From NCBI GenBank assembly GCA_963696675.1, contig CAVOLM010000030.1, positions 2,675 through 66,674 on the forward strand: a stretch of DNA of 64,000 nt, in the 5' to 3' direction. Origin of the DNA: an uncultured Gammaproteobacteria bacterium. Its GTDB lineage: Bacteria; Pseudomonadota; Gammaproteobacteria; Steroidobacterales; Steroidobacteraceae. Positions 1 through 9,663 of this stretch are shown here, in pieces. Each line of letters opens with the position of its first letter. Within the stretch, counting starts at the first letter, position 1. The position numbers and the translations under genes were made by a program. Below the pieces are notes generated by a model that saw nothing but the letters and a program-made list of their open reading frames with translations, did no database searches and had not been told where the DNA came from.

Positions 1-336
1 CCGCCGCAACCAAGCTTCACCGACGCCGAGGCCGCGCACTTGCGCGCCGAGCTCGAAGAGACGCGCCAACAGAACGCGCGCCTGCAAGCAAAGCTGAAGA
101 TGGCCGATCGCGTCAGCGACCTCATCTTCCGCATGCGGCAGCAGCAAGCGATGGAGACCGGCCCGGGCACGGGCAGTAGCCTCCGAAGAAAACCCGGCTT
201 AAGGACTCAGGACAACGGGGGCACCCACATAGGGGTGCCCCTACCATGCGTTGCCTTTTCTGGCCAGAGGGGCGCCCCTGTGTGGGCGCCCCCTGCTCAC
301 GTAAAGGGAGCCGCCCGATGTCATCACAGACTCTGA
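1..336 (+). CDS. 3' end of an unidentified gene (coiled-coil-like C-terminus), partial at window edge
   Basis: Frame 1 is open from base 1 (..AEAAHLRAELEETRQQNARLQAKLKMADRVSDLIFRMRQQQ..); no family recognised. The ORF reads through two GC-rich hairpins at 218-294, so the real stop is probably earlier and hidden by an indel. Confidence 0.25.
   Translation, partial: PPQPSFTDAEAAHLRAELEETRQQNARLQAKLKMADRVSDLIFRMRQQQAMETGPGTGSSLRRKPGLRTQDNGGTHIGVPLPCVAFSGQRGAPVWAPPAHVKGAARCHHRL
218..294. terminator. Two adjacent GC-rich hairpins between convergent genes
   Basis: ggggcaccc (218-226) pairs with gggtgcccc (233-241) around a 6-nt loop. aggggcgcccc (268-278) pairs with gggcgccccct (284-294) around tgtgt. 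No clear U-tract. Confidence 0.4.
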
Positions 337-1950
337 GTCCTCAGTCCTTTCTTCTCTGCTTCCACCTCCTCCATGCGCGGCGGGCGGAACGGGTGCAAGC
401 GATAGTTGCGCACCCGCGGGCGCAGCGCGACATACGACTTCGGATGATACAGCAGCGCCCAAGCGCCCTGCTCTACGATGCGGTGATGTGCCTGCTCGGA
501 ACCCTGAGACGCGCCGCGGGGTCGACGGTCGTCGCCGCCGCGTCGAGGAGCTCGTCGAAGCCTGCGTCGGCGAAGAAGGAGTGGTTGTTCGAGCCGATGC
601 TGTGCGAGTGCAGCAGCACGTCGAGGAAGTTGCTCGGATCCGGGAAGTCGGCCTCCCATCCCAGCAGGAAGAGGGCACCGCCCGGGCTGCCGAATCGCCT
701 CGAGGAACGACGCCCAGGACAGCTTGCTGGACGCTGGCACGGATGCCGACCTCGCGCAGGTCCTGCTGGCACGACTGCGCCAAGCGCGGCAGCGCCTCGT
801 CGGTGCGCGCCCAGAGCACCGTGTCGAAGCCGTCCGCCGAGCCCCGCTTGCCGCAGCAGGGCTCGCGCGGCCGTCGGGATCGTAGCGGCTCGCGGCGACT
901 GGCGCGTTGCGGTCGTAGCCCGGCATGCTCGGGGGAACAGGCCGGCGGCGGCGACTGCCCGCGGCCGTTGATCAGCCGCAGCGCCTTGTCGCGATTGATC
1001 GCGTGGCCGATGGCGCGTCGAACCCGCGGTCGTCGAACGGCGGCGATCGTCGCAGTTGACGCCGAGGTAGCTGGTCCGCATCGCGGTCTCGGACACCGAG
1101 CCGGTCCGGCGTACGCGGATCGCGCTGCACGCGCGGAAACTCCGCCGCGGGATGCCGGCGACGTCGAGCTCGCCGGCCTCGTACTTCATCCACTCGAGCT
1201 GCTCGTTGACGCCGATCGGTCGCACTGCCGTCGAGCTACGGCACGCCGGGGCGGAAGTAGTGCGGGTTGCGGCGCAGCTCGCAGGCGCTGCCCGCGCTGC
1301 CACTCGTCGAGGACGAAACGGCCCCGTGCCGACCGGGTCGCGCGCGAAGTCCTCGCCGTGCGCCTCCACCACCTCGCGCGGCACGACGGCCGCGAACGGC
1401 ATCGCCAGCTTGTGCAGGAAGAGCGGATCGAAGGCGGCGCAGGCGAATTCGCACCGTCGCGTCGCCGTGCATCTCGATGCCGCGACACCTGCCGCGCGCT
1501 GCCCGTCGACGAAGGCGTCCGGCGCCCGTCGATGCCGCGGAAGAACTCCGCGCCCTGCGACGCGTGGCCGGGCCGCAGCACGCGCTCGATCGAGTACTGC
1601 ACGTCGCGCGGCGACGAGACGCCGGCCGTTGAGAAGCGGACGGCCGGGATCGAGGCGGAAGGTGAAGACGCGCCCGTCGGGGCTCGACCTCCCAGCGCGC
1701 CGCCAGCTCGGGCACCAGATGCGCTGTCGTCGTCGTAGTCGACGAGGGTGTTGAACAGCATCTGCTCGAACTGCCACGAGGCGGTGTCGTAGCCGACCGC
1801 CGGGTCGAGCGTCGGAATGTCGTCGCGCGCTCGCGGTCCGCAGGACGCCCGCGGCGGCGGTCCGTGCTCGCGAGCGGCCGGCAGCGCGCAGGCGAGCAGG
1901 CACGGCAAAGGCGCCACGCGCACAGGCCAACGGACGCGGCCGAGAGCCAT
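324..1950 (-). pseudogene. ABC transporter substrate-binding protein, family 5 (Opp/Dpp type), many frame changes
   Basis: Recognisable SBP-5 segments are scattered over all three minus frames. They include the lipoprotein-like N-terminus MALGRVRWPVRVAPLPCLLAC and DIPTLDPAVGYDTASWQFEQMLFNTLVDYDDDS. Others are LVPELAARWEV, DGRVFTFRLDPGR, LHKLAMPFAAVVPREVVEAHGEDFARDPVGTGPF and EWMKYEAGELDVAGIP. Further segments are DFPDPSNFLDVLLHSHSIGSNNHSFFADAGFDELLDAA and WALLYHPKSYVALRPRVRNYRLHPF. Confidence 0.65.
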
Positions 1951-2815
1951 CGCCTGTCGGCTCGCCGATCCTTCGCGCCCGTCGCGATGCGAGCAGGTGC
2001 CAGGCCGTAGCCGAGGAAGTTGAACGCCACGACCGCGTACGACGATCGCCAGCCCGGGAAAGATCACCAGCCACGGCGCGACGCGATAGTACGTCTGCGA
2101 GTCGCTGATCATCCGTCCCCAGCTCGGCGTCGGCACCGGAACGCCGAGGCCGAGGTAGCTGAGGCCCGCGTCGAGCAGGATCGTTCTGCGACGTGCTCAG
2201 CGCGCCCATCACGAGGATCGTCGGCAGGACGTTGGGCAGACAGATGACGCAGCATCAGGCGCGCGCGGCGTCGCCCCGAGCGCCTCGGCGCCGCGATCAC
2301 GATAGTCGCGCTCGCGCAACGACAGCACCTCGCCGCGCACGGTGCGCGCCACGCCGGTCCAGCTCGACCACGCCGATGACCACGAAGATCGTGAGCAGGC
2401 CCGGCTCGAACAGCGCCGCCAGCGCGATCGCCAGCAGCAGCGCCGGAAACGCGAGCACGACGTCGGTCAGACGCATGAGCACGCCGTCGACCCAGCCGCC
2501 GACGTACCCGGCGGCGATGCCGACGGTGACGCCGATGCGCGAGCGTCAGCGCCGTCGCCACCGAGCGCGACGAGGAGCGAGATGCGCGCGCCGTACGAGC
2601 AGGCGGCTCAGCACGTCGCGCCCCAGCTCGTCGGTGCCGAGCCAGAACGGCCGGCGCCGGCGGAAACGGATCGCCGAAGCTGTCGGCGACGGCTCGCAGC
2701 GGGATCGAACGGCGCCAGCCACGGCGCCGCGAGCGCGCCACGGCGACAGCAGCGCGACCATCACCAAGGCCAGCCGCTGCGAGACGCGCTGGCGTGCCCT
2801 CAGTGCGCCGCGTCA
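1951..2815 (-). pseudogene. ABC transporter permease (DppC/OppC-like), several frame changes; boundaries approximate
   Basis: Four motifs each lie in a different frame: PFWLGTDELGRDVLSRLL, LMRLTDVVLAFPALLLAIALAALFEPGLLTIFVVIGVV, PTPSWGRMISDSQTYYRVAPWLVIFPGLAIVV and AFNFLGYGL. Confidence 0.6.
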
Positions 2816-3736
2816 GCATGCCGATGCGCGGGTCGATCACCGCGGTACACGACAGTCGACGACGATGTTGGCGCCGACCACGAGCGCGGCGCTGAAGAGC
2901 ACCGTCGCCCATGATCATCGGGATGTCCTGGTTGAAGACCGCCTCGACCGCCAGCCGGCCGAGCCCGGGCCAGTTGAAGACCGTCTCGGTGAGCACGACG
3001 CCGCTCATCAGCCCGGCGAGGTCGAGCCCGAGCAGCGTGACCAGCGGGATGAGCGCGTTGCGCAGCGCGTGCTTGCCGTAGACGCGCACCGGCGACAGCC
3101 CCTTGGCGCGCGCCGTGCGGATGTAGTCCTGTCGCAGCACGTCGCGCATGTTGGTGTGCAGCAGCCGCGCGTAGTACGCGCGCCAGTCCGAGCGCGAGGG
3201 CGCAGCGCCGGCAGGACCACGTTGCGCGGGACCGAAGCCACCGAGCGGCAAGCAGGCGGAGGCGGATAGGCGAACACGTAGAGCAGCATCAGCCCGAGCC
3301 AGAAGATCGGAATGGACAGGACGACGAGCGCCACGAGCAGGACGCCGAGGTCGACGGACGCCAGCGCGCTCGCCGCCGTCCAGCTCCCGATCCCCGAGCC
3401 CGATCAAGCACCGAGAGGCCGAGCGCGCTGGCGGCGAGGTAGCGCGGTCGCCGGCAGGCGCTCGAGGATCGCGTCGCGCACGTGCTGGCGCGTCAGGTAG
3501 GAGCGGCCGAGATCGCCGTGCGCCAGCCGCTGAGGTAGCGCCCGTACTGCAGGACGAGCGGCGCGTCGAGGCCCATCTCGCGGCGGACGCGCGCCAGCGT
3601 CTCCGGGTCCGCCTTCGGGCCGGCGATCGTAGACGGCCGGGTCGGCGGGAACGACAAACGCCAGGACGAACGTGAGAAAGGTCACGCCGAGCAGGATCAC
3701 CACGCTCGACGCGAGCCGCGTCGCCACCACCCTCAC
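2800..3736 (-). pseudogene. ABC transporter permease (DppB/OppB-like), several frame changes; boundaries approximate
   Basis: GTG at 3736 follows GGGGAGGGG and opens VRVVATRLASSVVILLGVTFLTFVLAFVVPADP. The C-terminal half reads YIRTARAKGLSPVRVYGKHALRNALIPLVTLLGLDLAGLMSGVVLTETVFNWPGLGRLAVEAVFNQDIPMIMG ... VIDPRI. The parts are in different frames. Confidence 0.6.
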
Positions 3737-3761
3737 CGGAGCCCCTCCCCTCGCCCAGCGC

Positions 3762-3959
3762 TCACTGCTCCCAGCGCGACGTGATGACGGCGGCGAGAAA
3801 GCTGACGCCCGCCACGATCGCGGAGGCCAGGAACCAACGCGCAATCTGCGGCGCGTCGACCACCAGCGTCATGACCGCCAGGGCAAGTAGTAGCGACACG
3901 CTCGCGGCAATGCCCAGCCACAGGAACGTGCGCGTCATGGTCGCTGCCAGCCCGGCCAT
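3762..3959 (-). CDS. Small hypothetical membrane protein (two predicted TM helices)
   Basis: MAGLAATMTRTFLWLGIAASVSLLLALAVMTLVVDAPQIARWFLASAIVAGVSFLAAVITSRWEQ, hydrophobic, no family recognised. It lies directly upstream of the permease gene on the same strand. Confidence 0.3.
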   Translation of the reverse strand: MAGLAATMTRTFLWLGIAASVSLLLALAVMTLVVDAPQIARWFLASAIVAGVSFLAAVITSRWEQ

Positions 3960-3990
3960 GGCGGCGAACTTAGCAGGGGACCTGCTTGAG

Positions 3991-4067
3991 CAGAAAGGGG
4001 ACAGATCTATTTTCATGCAGCCGCGCGGCGGGAGCGGGCCAGAAAGGGGACAGATCTATTTTCATGC
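3991..4067. repeat. Perfect 28-nt direct repeat, two copies, 21-nt spacer
   Basis: cagaaaggggacagatctattttcatgc occurs at 3991-4018 and again at 4040-4067. The following ~20 nt are loosely similar (gcgcgg-rich), so this may be a ~49-nt tandem duplication. It sits at the junction between the high-GC block and the ntrX fragment. Confidence 0.9.
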
Positions 4068-4091
4068 GAGGCGCGCGCGGCAGAAGCGATG

Positions 4092-4682
4092 TCACACCAC
4101 GAATGGTCCTTCCGCCCGCACCGACTTGGCGTGCATCACGCGCGCGGCGAGCTCCTTGCCGCAGCCGGACGGCCCGGTGATCAGCACGCGGCTATTGGTG
4201 GGCGCCACCTTGTCGATGGCCTGGCGCAGCTGATTGATGGCGGCGGAGCGGCCGATCATCTCGAACGAGTACGTGCTCCGCTCGCGCAGCTCGCGATTTT
4301 CGCGCTTCAGCTTCGAGGCTTCGAGCGCGCGCGCGGTGAGCAGCACCAGGCGGTCGGCCTTGAACGGCTTCTCGATATAGTCGTAGGCGCCGCGCTTGAT
4401 CGCCGCCACCGCGGTCTCGATATTGCCGTGGCCGCTGATGATGATGACCGGCAGATCGGGATGCGCCTTCTTGATGCGGTCGAGCAGCTCCAGCCCGTCG
4501 AGCTTCGAGCCTTGCAGCCAGATGTCGAGAATGACGAGCGAGGGTCTCTGCTCCTCGATGGCCTTGAGCGTGTCGTCGCTGTCCTTGGCTAGGCGGGTCG
4601 AATGACCTTCGTCCTCGAGGATGCCTGAGATCAGCTCTCTGATGTCGGTCTCGTCGTCGACGACCAGGATGTCAGACGCCAT
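4092..4682 (-). pseudogene. ntrX: 5' fragment of an ntrX-type sigma-54 response regulator gene (first 196 codons only)
   Basis: MASDILVVDDETDIRELISGILEDEG..DIWLQGSKLDGLELL..ISGHGNIETAVAAIKRGAYDYIEKPFKADRL..RVLITGPSGCGKELAARVMHAKSVRAEGPFVV. This is a full receiver domain plus the Walker A start of the AAA+ domain. It then stops at TGA where NtrX proteins continue (..GPFVVLN..). Confidence 0.8.
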
Positions 4683-5000
4683 GGGTCACTCCCTCTTCCT
4701 CCTCGGCGTGCTCCGATGGGCTCGAAGCTGAAGCCGCACCCGGCTCCGCCGCCGCTTCCGCCGCAATCGCTTCCTCTTTCTCTCCCACCGGCAGATCGAT
4801 GCGCACCGACGCCCCTTCGATCTTGCCGTTGCGCTTCGGCGCATCGGCAAGCGTAAGCGTGCCGCCATGCTGCTCGGTGATCCGCTGCACGATGGCGAGC
4901 CCTAACCCTGTGCCCTTGGCGCGGGTCGTCATGTAGGGCTCGACTAGACGATGCCGGTCCTCTTTCGGCAGGCCGCAGCCATTGTCGATGACGGTGATCT
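4672..5000 (-). pseudogene. ntrY: 3' fragment of an ntrY-type histidine kinase gene (end of the HATPase_c domain only)
   Basis: ITVIDNGCGLPKEDRHRLVEPYMTTRAKGTGLGLAIVQRITEQHGGTLTLADAP.. carries the G1/G2 boxes but has no HisKA or sensor part. Its stop overlaps the ntrX ATG (ATGGCGTCTGA), the native ntrYX arrangement. Confidence 0.75.
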
Positions 5001-6095
5001 GCGCGCGGGCAAACGTGCTGAGCGATTCCTGCTTCTCGCCGATGGCCATCTGTGCTTCGCCCAGCGCGCTCCGATACTGCATGACGTCAGTGTGTTTTTC
5101 ACTCAGGCCCTGCAGGATGGGAATCGCTTCCTCGGGGGCACCTGATTGCATGAGGCTCAACGCCTGCCCGTAGCGCGTCGCGTCGGTGTGGCTCTTCTCC
5201 GTCGCCAGATACTGGTTGTAGTAGGCGCGCGCATCGGTGTCGCTGCTGAGGCTGAGCAGGCGCAAGCGCTCGCGGCTCAGACCATAGCTGACACTATCGG
5301 GCGGCAGGGGAATGTCGTAGCCATGCGCACGGTTGCGTGATTCGGCGATACGCGCGGTGGTGACAGGGTGACTCTGCAGCAGCTCCGGTACCTGGCTGCC
5401 CTGCAGTCCGGCGCGGCGTCCCATGGTATCGAAGAAAGCGGGCATCGCCTGGGGATCGAAGCCACTCGCCGCCATCGTGCCGATGCCGATGCGGTCTGCC
5501 TCGTACTCATTGGAGCGCGTGAAGTTGATACGTTGCTGCGCGGCGGCTCCCTGTGCGACCGCGATGGCGCCCGTCATCACGTCGGGCGGCATACCAGTCG
5601 TCGCGCCGATGACGATGGCTGCCAGCATGGCCGCCGCCGAGACGAGGCTCGACCGTCCCGCGGCCTGAATGCTGCGTGCGACGTGTCGCTGCGTCACGTG
5701 GGCGATTTCGTGCGCCAGCACGCCAGCCAGCTCGCTCTCGTTCGCGGTCGCGAGGATCAGAGCCTTCGTTCACACCGATGAACCCGCCCGGCAGCGCAAA
5801 TGCGTTGATCGACGGGTCCTTGACCACGAAGAACGTGAAACGCTGATGGCCGTCCTGCGCATGGCTGGCGAGACGCGAGCCGATCGACTGGATGTACTCG
5901 GTGCATCTCGGGGTCTTCGAGAATCTTGCCCGCGTCGCGCAAGCCCTTCACGACCATCAGGCCGATCTGGTATTCGTCGCTCTGCGTCAGGGTCGTGTCG
6001 GCGGGCGTGCCGATGTCCGGCAGGTCTTCAGCCGCTGGCCAAGCCGGCCCGCAAACCAGGAGCGCAGCGGCGGTAGACAGCAGGATTCGACGCAT
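5001..6095 (-). pseudogene. bepA: BepA-like M48 periplasmic metalloprotease with TPR; two frame breaks and C-terminally truncated at about 5000
   Basis: Signal peptide MRRILLSTAAALLVCGPAWPAAEDLPDIG, then FFVVKDPSINAFALPGGFIGVNEG and LAHEIAHVTQRH (HExxH). The TPR-like tail ends ..GEAQMAIGEKQESLSTFARAQ. Frame changes lie near 5910 and 5761. Confidence 0.75.
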
Positions 6096-6178
6096 AAGAG
6101 CTTGTATTTCCGGGAAGTCGCCCATTGGACCGCGGCTCGGCCGACGCGTTCAGACCCCTTGGCCGTGACCTCGTGAGG

Positions 6179-7595
6179 CTACAGGATATCCGATGCGTAG
6201 TCCGCGAGTCGCGAACGCTCCCCGCGCATCAGCGTGACGTGCCCGGAGTGCTTCCAGCCGCGGAAGCGATTGACCACGAACGTCAGACCCGAGGTGGTTT
6301 CGGTCAGGTAGGGCGTGTCGATCTGGGCGATGTTCCCAAGGCACACCAGCTTTCGTTCCCGGGCCGGCGCGAGTTACCAGCGCTTTCATCTGTTTCGGCG
6401 TCAGGTTCTGCGCCTCGTCGATGATGATGAAGCGGTTGAGGAAGGTACGGCCGCGCATGAAGTTGATGGTGCGGATCTTGATGCGCTTGCGCAGCAGATC
6501 GTTGGTCGCCGCCCGTCCCCAGTTGCCGCCTTCCTGGCTCTGCGTGAGCACCTCGAGATTGTCCATCAGTGCGCCCATCCATGGCTCCATCTTTTCCTCT
6601 TCCGTGCCGGGCAGAAAACCGATGTCTTCGCCCAGCGGGATCGTCACGCGCGACATGATGATCTCGGTGTAGCGGTTGGTCTCGAGCGTCTGCGTGAGGC
6701 CGGCGGCGAGCGTCAGCAGAGTCTTGCCGGTTCCGGCCGGACCCAGAACTGTGATGAAGTCGAGCTGCGGATCCATCAGCAGGTTGAGCGCGAAGTTCTG
6801 CTCACGGTTGCGCGCCGTGATGCCCCAGACGTTGTTCTTGTCGCTGCGAAAATCGCGGGTCAGCTCCAGGACCGCGACCTCGCCGTCCGTTTCACGCACC
6901 AGCGCCTCGATGCCGTTCTTCGAGGTCTCGTAGACGAACTGGTTGAACTGCCAGTCCTGCACCGCGGCGCCACGCACGCGGTAGAAGGTGCGGCTGCTCT
7001 CCTGCCAGGATTCGATGTCGCGCCCGAGCTGTTCCCAGAAATTCTCCGGCAACGCCTGCATGCCGGAAAACAGCAGGTCGGCGTCCTCGATGGTCTTGTC
7101 GCTGTAGTAGTCCTCGGCGTGTACGCCGATGATCGAGGCCTTGATGCGCAGGTTGATGTCCTTGGACACCAGCGTGATGCGCGCTTCCGGAAATTCCCGC
7201 TGCAGGGCGAGAGTGTTCGCGAGGATGTGGTTGTCCGCGCCATGCCCCGGCAGGTTGTCCGGCAGCCCGGAAGCGAGCTGGCGGGTCTGGAAGAACAGGT
7301 GACCGGTGCTCGGCTTCTTGCCGTGATTGCCGGACTTGGACGGCGGCAGCTCGAGCCCGTGGTCGATCTGTTCCTTGGTGGCGTTGTGCATCAGCTCGTC
7401 GAGGAACCGGCTCACCTGGCGTACGTTGCGCGCCGACTCGGACAGACCCTTCTTGCCGGCGTCGAGCTCCTCGAGGACGATCATCGGTATGTAGATGTCG
7501 TGCTCCTCGAAGCGAAAGATCGCCGCGGGGTCGTGCATCAGCACGTTGGTATCGAGGACGAAGATGCGGCGCTGCGGCCTGGTGGAGCTCTTCAC
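6179..7595 (-). CDS. PIN-domain plus PhoH-like ATPase (PhoH2/YlaK type); one frame break near 6350
   Basis: IFVLDTNVLMHDP..IPMIVLEELD is the PIN part. VLGPAGTGKTLLTLAAG..IIIDEAQNLTP is the PhoH P-loop. The C-terminus LVCLGNIAQIDTPYLTETTSGLTFVVNRFRGWKHSGHVTLMRGERSRLADYASDIL* resumes in another frame. The GTG start overlaps the bcp stop (GTGA). Confidence 0.8.
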
Positions 7596-8083
7596 AGTGA
7601 CTTGGCTGCCTCGAGCACCTCTGCGGCGTGCCCGTCGACTTTGACCTTGCGCCATTCGCGGCGCAGTTGGCCTTCGGCGTCGATGAGGAAGGTGCTGCGC
7701 TCCACGCCCAGGAACTTGCGGCCGTACATGCTCTTTTCGCGGATCACGTCGAACAGCTCGCAAGCCTTGCGATCCTCGTCGCTCAGCAATGCGAACGGCA
7801 GCTTGAACTTGGTCTTGAACTTGTGGTGCGACTCGATGCTGTCGGGCGAAACACCGACGATGACCGTGTTGGCCTTGCGGAACGCGCCGTGCAGTTCGCG
7901 AAAATCCTGCGCCTCGCGCGTGCAGCCGCTGGTGTTGTCGCGGGGATAGAAGTAGATCACCAGATTGCTGCCCCGCGCGTCCGCCAGCGAAAACCGGTCG
8001 CCGGCGGTCGAGGGCAACGAGAGTTTGGGCGCCTTGCGCCCGACTTCGGTCTTGCTCGTCAAAGTGCCGATCCTTCCTGTCAC
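7592..8083 (-). CDS. bcp: Thioredoxin-dependent thiol peroxidase (Bcp/PrxQ)
   Basis: VIYFYPRDNTSGCTREA active-site motif, 163 aa, in the conserved position next to gcvR. Confidence 0.9.
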   Translation of the reverse strand: MTGRIGTLTSKTEVGRKAPKLSLPSTAGDRFSLADARGSNLVIYFYPRDNTSGCTREAQDFRELHGAFRKANTVIVGVSPDSIESHHKFKTKFKLPFALLSDEDRKACELFDVIREKSMYGRKFLGVERSTFLIDAEGQLRREWRKVKVDGHAAEVLEAAKSL

Positions 8084-8610
8084 AGCTTTACCGGTTCGAG
8101 AATCGCATCCAGATTGAGGTGGTCACAGAATTCCAGGAATTCCTCGCGCAGCGTCGAGAGATGAATGCGGCTCGGCACGTTCACGATCATCTGTACCGAG
8201 AACATCGGCGCGCCCGTGTGCGCAGCGGCGTAGCTGCGCGTGGAAAGCTCCGCGATGTCGATGCCACGCGAAGAAAAGAACCCGGACAGGCTGGACACGA
8301 TGCCGGTCTGATCCAGGCACACGACGTCGACCGAATAGGGCAGCATGTCGCTGCGCGCAGTGCGTTGTTCGGTCCGCCGTAGCTGGATGCTGAGCTCGCT
8401 GGACTCCGCGAGCTTGCGCAGGTCGGTCTCGAGGCGCGCCAGTGCTGCCCAGTTGCCGGATACGAGCAGCAGCATGGCGAATTCCGAACCCAGCGCCGTC
8501 ATACGGCTCTCGCTGATGCTGCCGCCGCAGTCGGTCACGACGCGCGTGAGGTCGTGAACCATTCCCGTTCGATCGCTACCGATCGCCGAGATCGCCAGGT
8601 ACTGCTTCAT
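8080..8610 (-). CDS. gcvR: Glycine cleavage system transcriptional repressor-like protein (two ACT domains)
   Basis: MKQYLAISAIGSDRTGMVHDLTRVVTDCGGSISESRMTALGSEFAMLLLVSG.. resembles the GcvR N-terminus. The gene is divergent from dapA, as in enterobacteria. Confidence 0.8.
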   Translation of the reverse strand: MKQYLAISAIGSDRTGMVHDLTRVVTDCGGSISESRMTALGSEFAMLLLVSGNWAALARLETDLRKLAESSELSIQLRRTEQRTARSDMLPYSVDVVCLDQTGIVSSLSGFFSSRGIDIAELSTRSYAAAHTGAPMFSVQMIVNVPSRIHLSTLREEFLEFCDHLNLDAILEPVKL

Positions 8611-8776
8611 CTAGTCGGACAGATTCCCGATCGCCTGCGGTCTCATCCCCTGAACGTGCGGCAGTGTACCGGTATTGAGCAGACGGTGGAACGAGCCCGA
8701 TCAGTGGCTTGCCTCATTGCGCCCGCGGCACGTAACATCCGCGATCCTCCGCAGCAGACACTCCCTTGGGGCCCAG

Positions 8777-9655
8777 ATGTTCGGCGGCAGCATGGTCGCA
8801 GTCGTCACTCCGATGACGGCAAATGGCGCAATCGATTTTCCCGCCTGGGAACGGCTGCTGCGCTTTCATGCCGAGCACGGCACCGATGCAATCGTGGTCG
8901 GCGGAACGACCGGTGAGTCGCCGACGCTCGAGTCCGGCGAGCTGGACGAGCTGGTGCGGCGGGCGGTGCGAATTCTGCGGGGGCGCATGCCGGTGATCGC
9001 CGGCGCCGGCACCAATTCGACATCGCGCACGGTGCAGCGGGCCCGGGAACTCGTCGCCGCCGGTGCGGATGCCCTGTTGGTCGTCACTCCGTATTACAAC
9101 AAGCCCACCCAGGAAGGACTGTTCGAGCACTTTCGCGCGGTGGCTGCCGCAGCGGGAATACCGGTGATTCTCTACAATGTGCCGTCCCGGACCGGTGTCG
9201 ATCTGCTGGCGCCCACGGTTGCGAGGCTGGCGCGCGAGCCGCATATCGCGGCCATCAAGGAAGCGACCTGCAGCGTGGATCGTGGTCGCGAAATCCTTGC
9301 TTCGGTGCCGCCGCAATTCGACCTGATCAGCGGTGACGATGCGACGGCGCACGAACTGATGGACATCGGGGCGCGGGGCGTCATCTCGGTGACGGCCAAT
9401 GTGGCGCCGGGGCTGATGCACGAGCTGTGCGTGGCCTCGAGGGACAGACACGAAGCGCGAGTTCATGAACTCGACAGCCGGCTCGGGAAACTTCATGCCG
9501 CCCTTTTCGTCGAATCGAATCCGATTCCGGTCAAGTGGGCGTTGCAGGAGATGGGTCTGATTGCCGAAGGAATCCGCTTGCCGCTGACGCAGCTGGCGCC
9601 GCGATTCCATGAACAGGTGCGCGACGGCCTGCGTGTCGCGGGGGTACTGGATTGA
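8777..9655 (+). CDS. dapA: 4-hydroxy-tetrahydrodipicolinate synthase
   Basis: MFGGSMVAVVTPM..GTTGESPTL..TPYYNKPTQEGL..AIKEAT. The ATG at 8777 lies within the longer ORF. Confidence 0.95.
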   Translation: MFGGSMVAVVTPMTANGAIDFPAWERLLRFHAEHGTDAIVVGGTTGESPTLESGELDELVRRAVRILRGRMPVIAGAGTNSTSRTVQRARELVAAGADALLVVTPYYNKPTQEGLFEHFRAVAAAAGIPVILYNVPSRTGVDLLAPTVARLAREPHIAAIKEATCSVDRGREILASVPPQFDLISGDDATAHELMDIGARGVISVTANVAPGLMHELCVASRDRHEARVHELDSRLGKLHAALFVESNPIPVKWALQEMGLIAEGIRLPLTQLAPRFHEQVRDGLRVAGVLD

Positions 9656-9663
9656 GGTATTCA

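Noticed and set aside
3991-4067. The 28-nt direct repeats as a CRISPR array
   Set aside because: There are only two repeats and the spacer is 21 nt, too short. The flanking sequence is also partly repeated, making this a tandem duplication. No cas genes or leader occur anywhere in the window.
6315-7949. Long ORFs antisense to clear genes (for example 6315-7949 +, 9898-11577 -, 15072-16622 -, 37324-38706 -, 47042-48136 -, 50977-52428 -, 54669-55754 -, 56769-58847 -)
   Set aside because: These are typical shadow ORFs of GC-rich DNA. Each lies opposite a gene with unmistakable family motifs, and their translations are Arg/Ala/Gly/His-rich with no recognisable domains.
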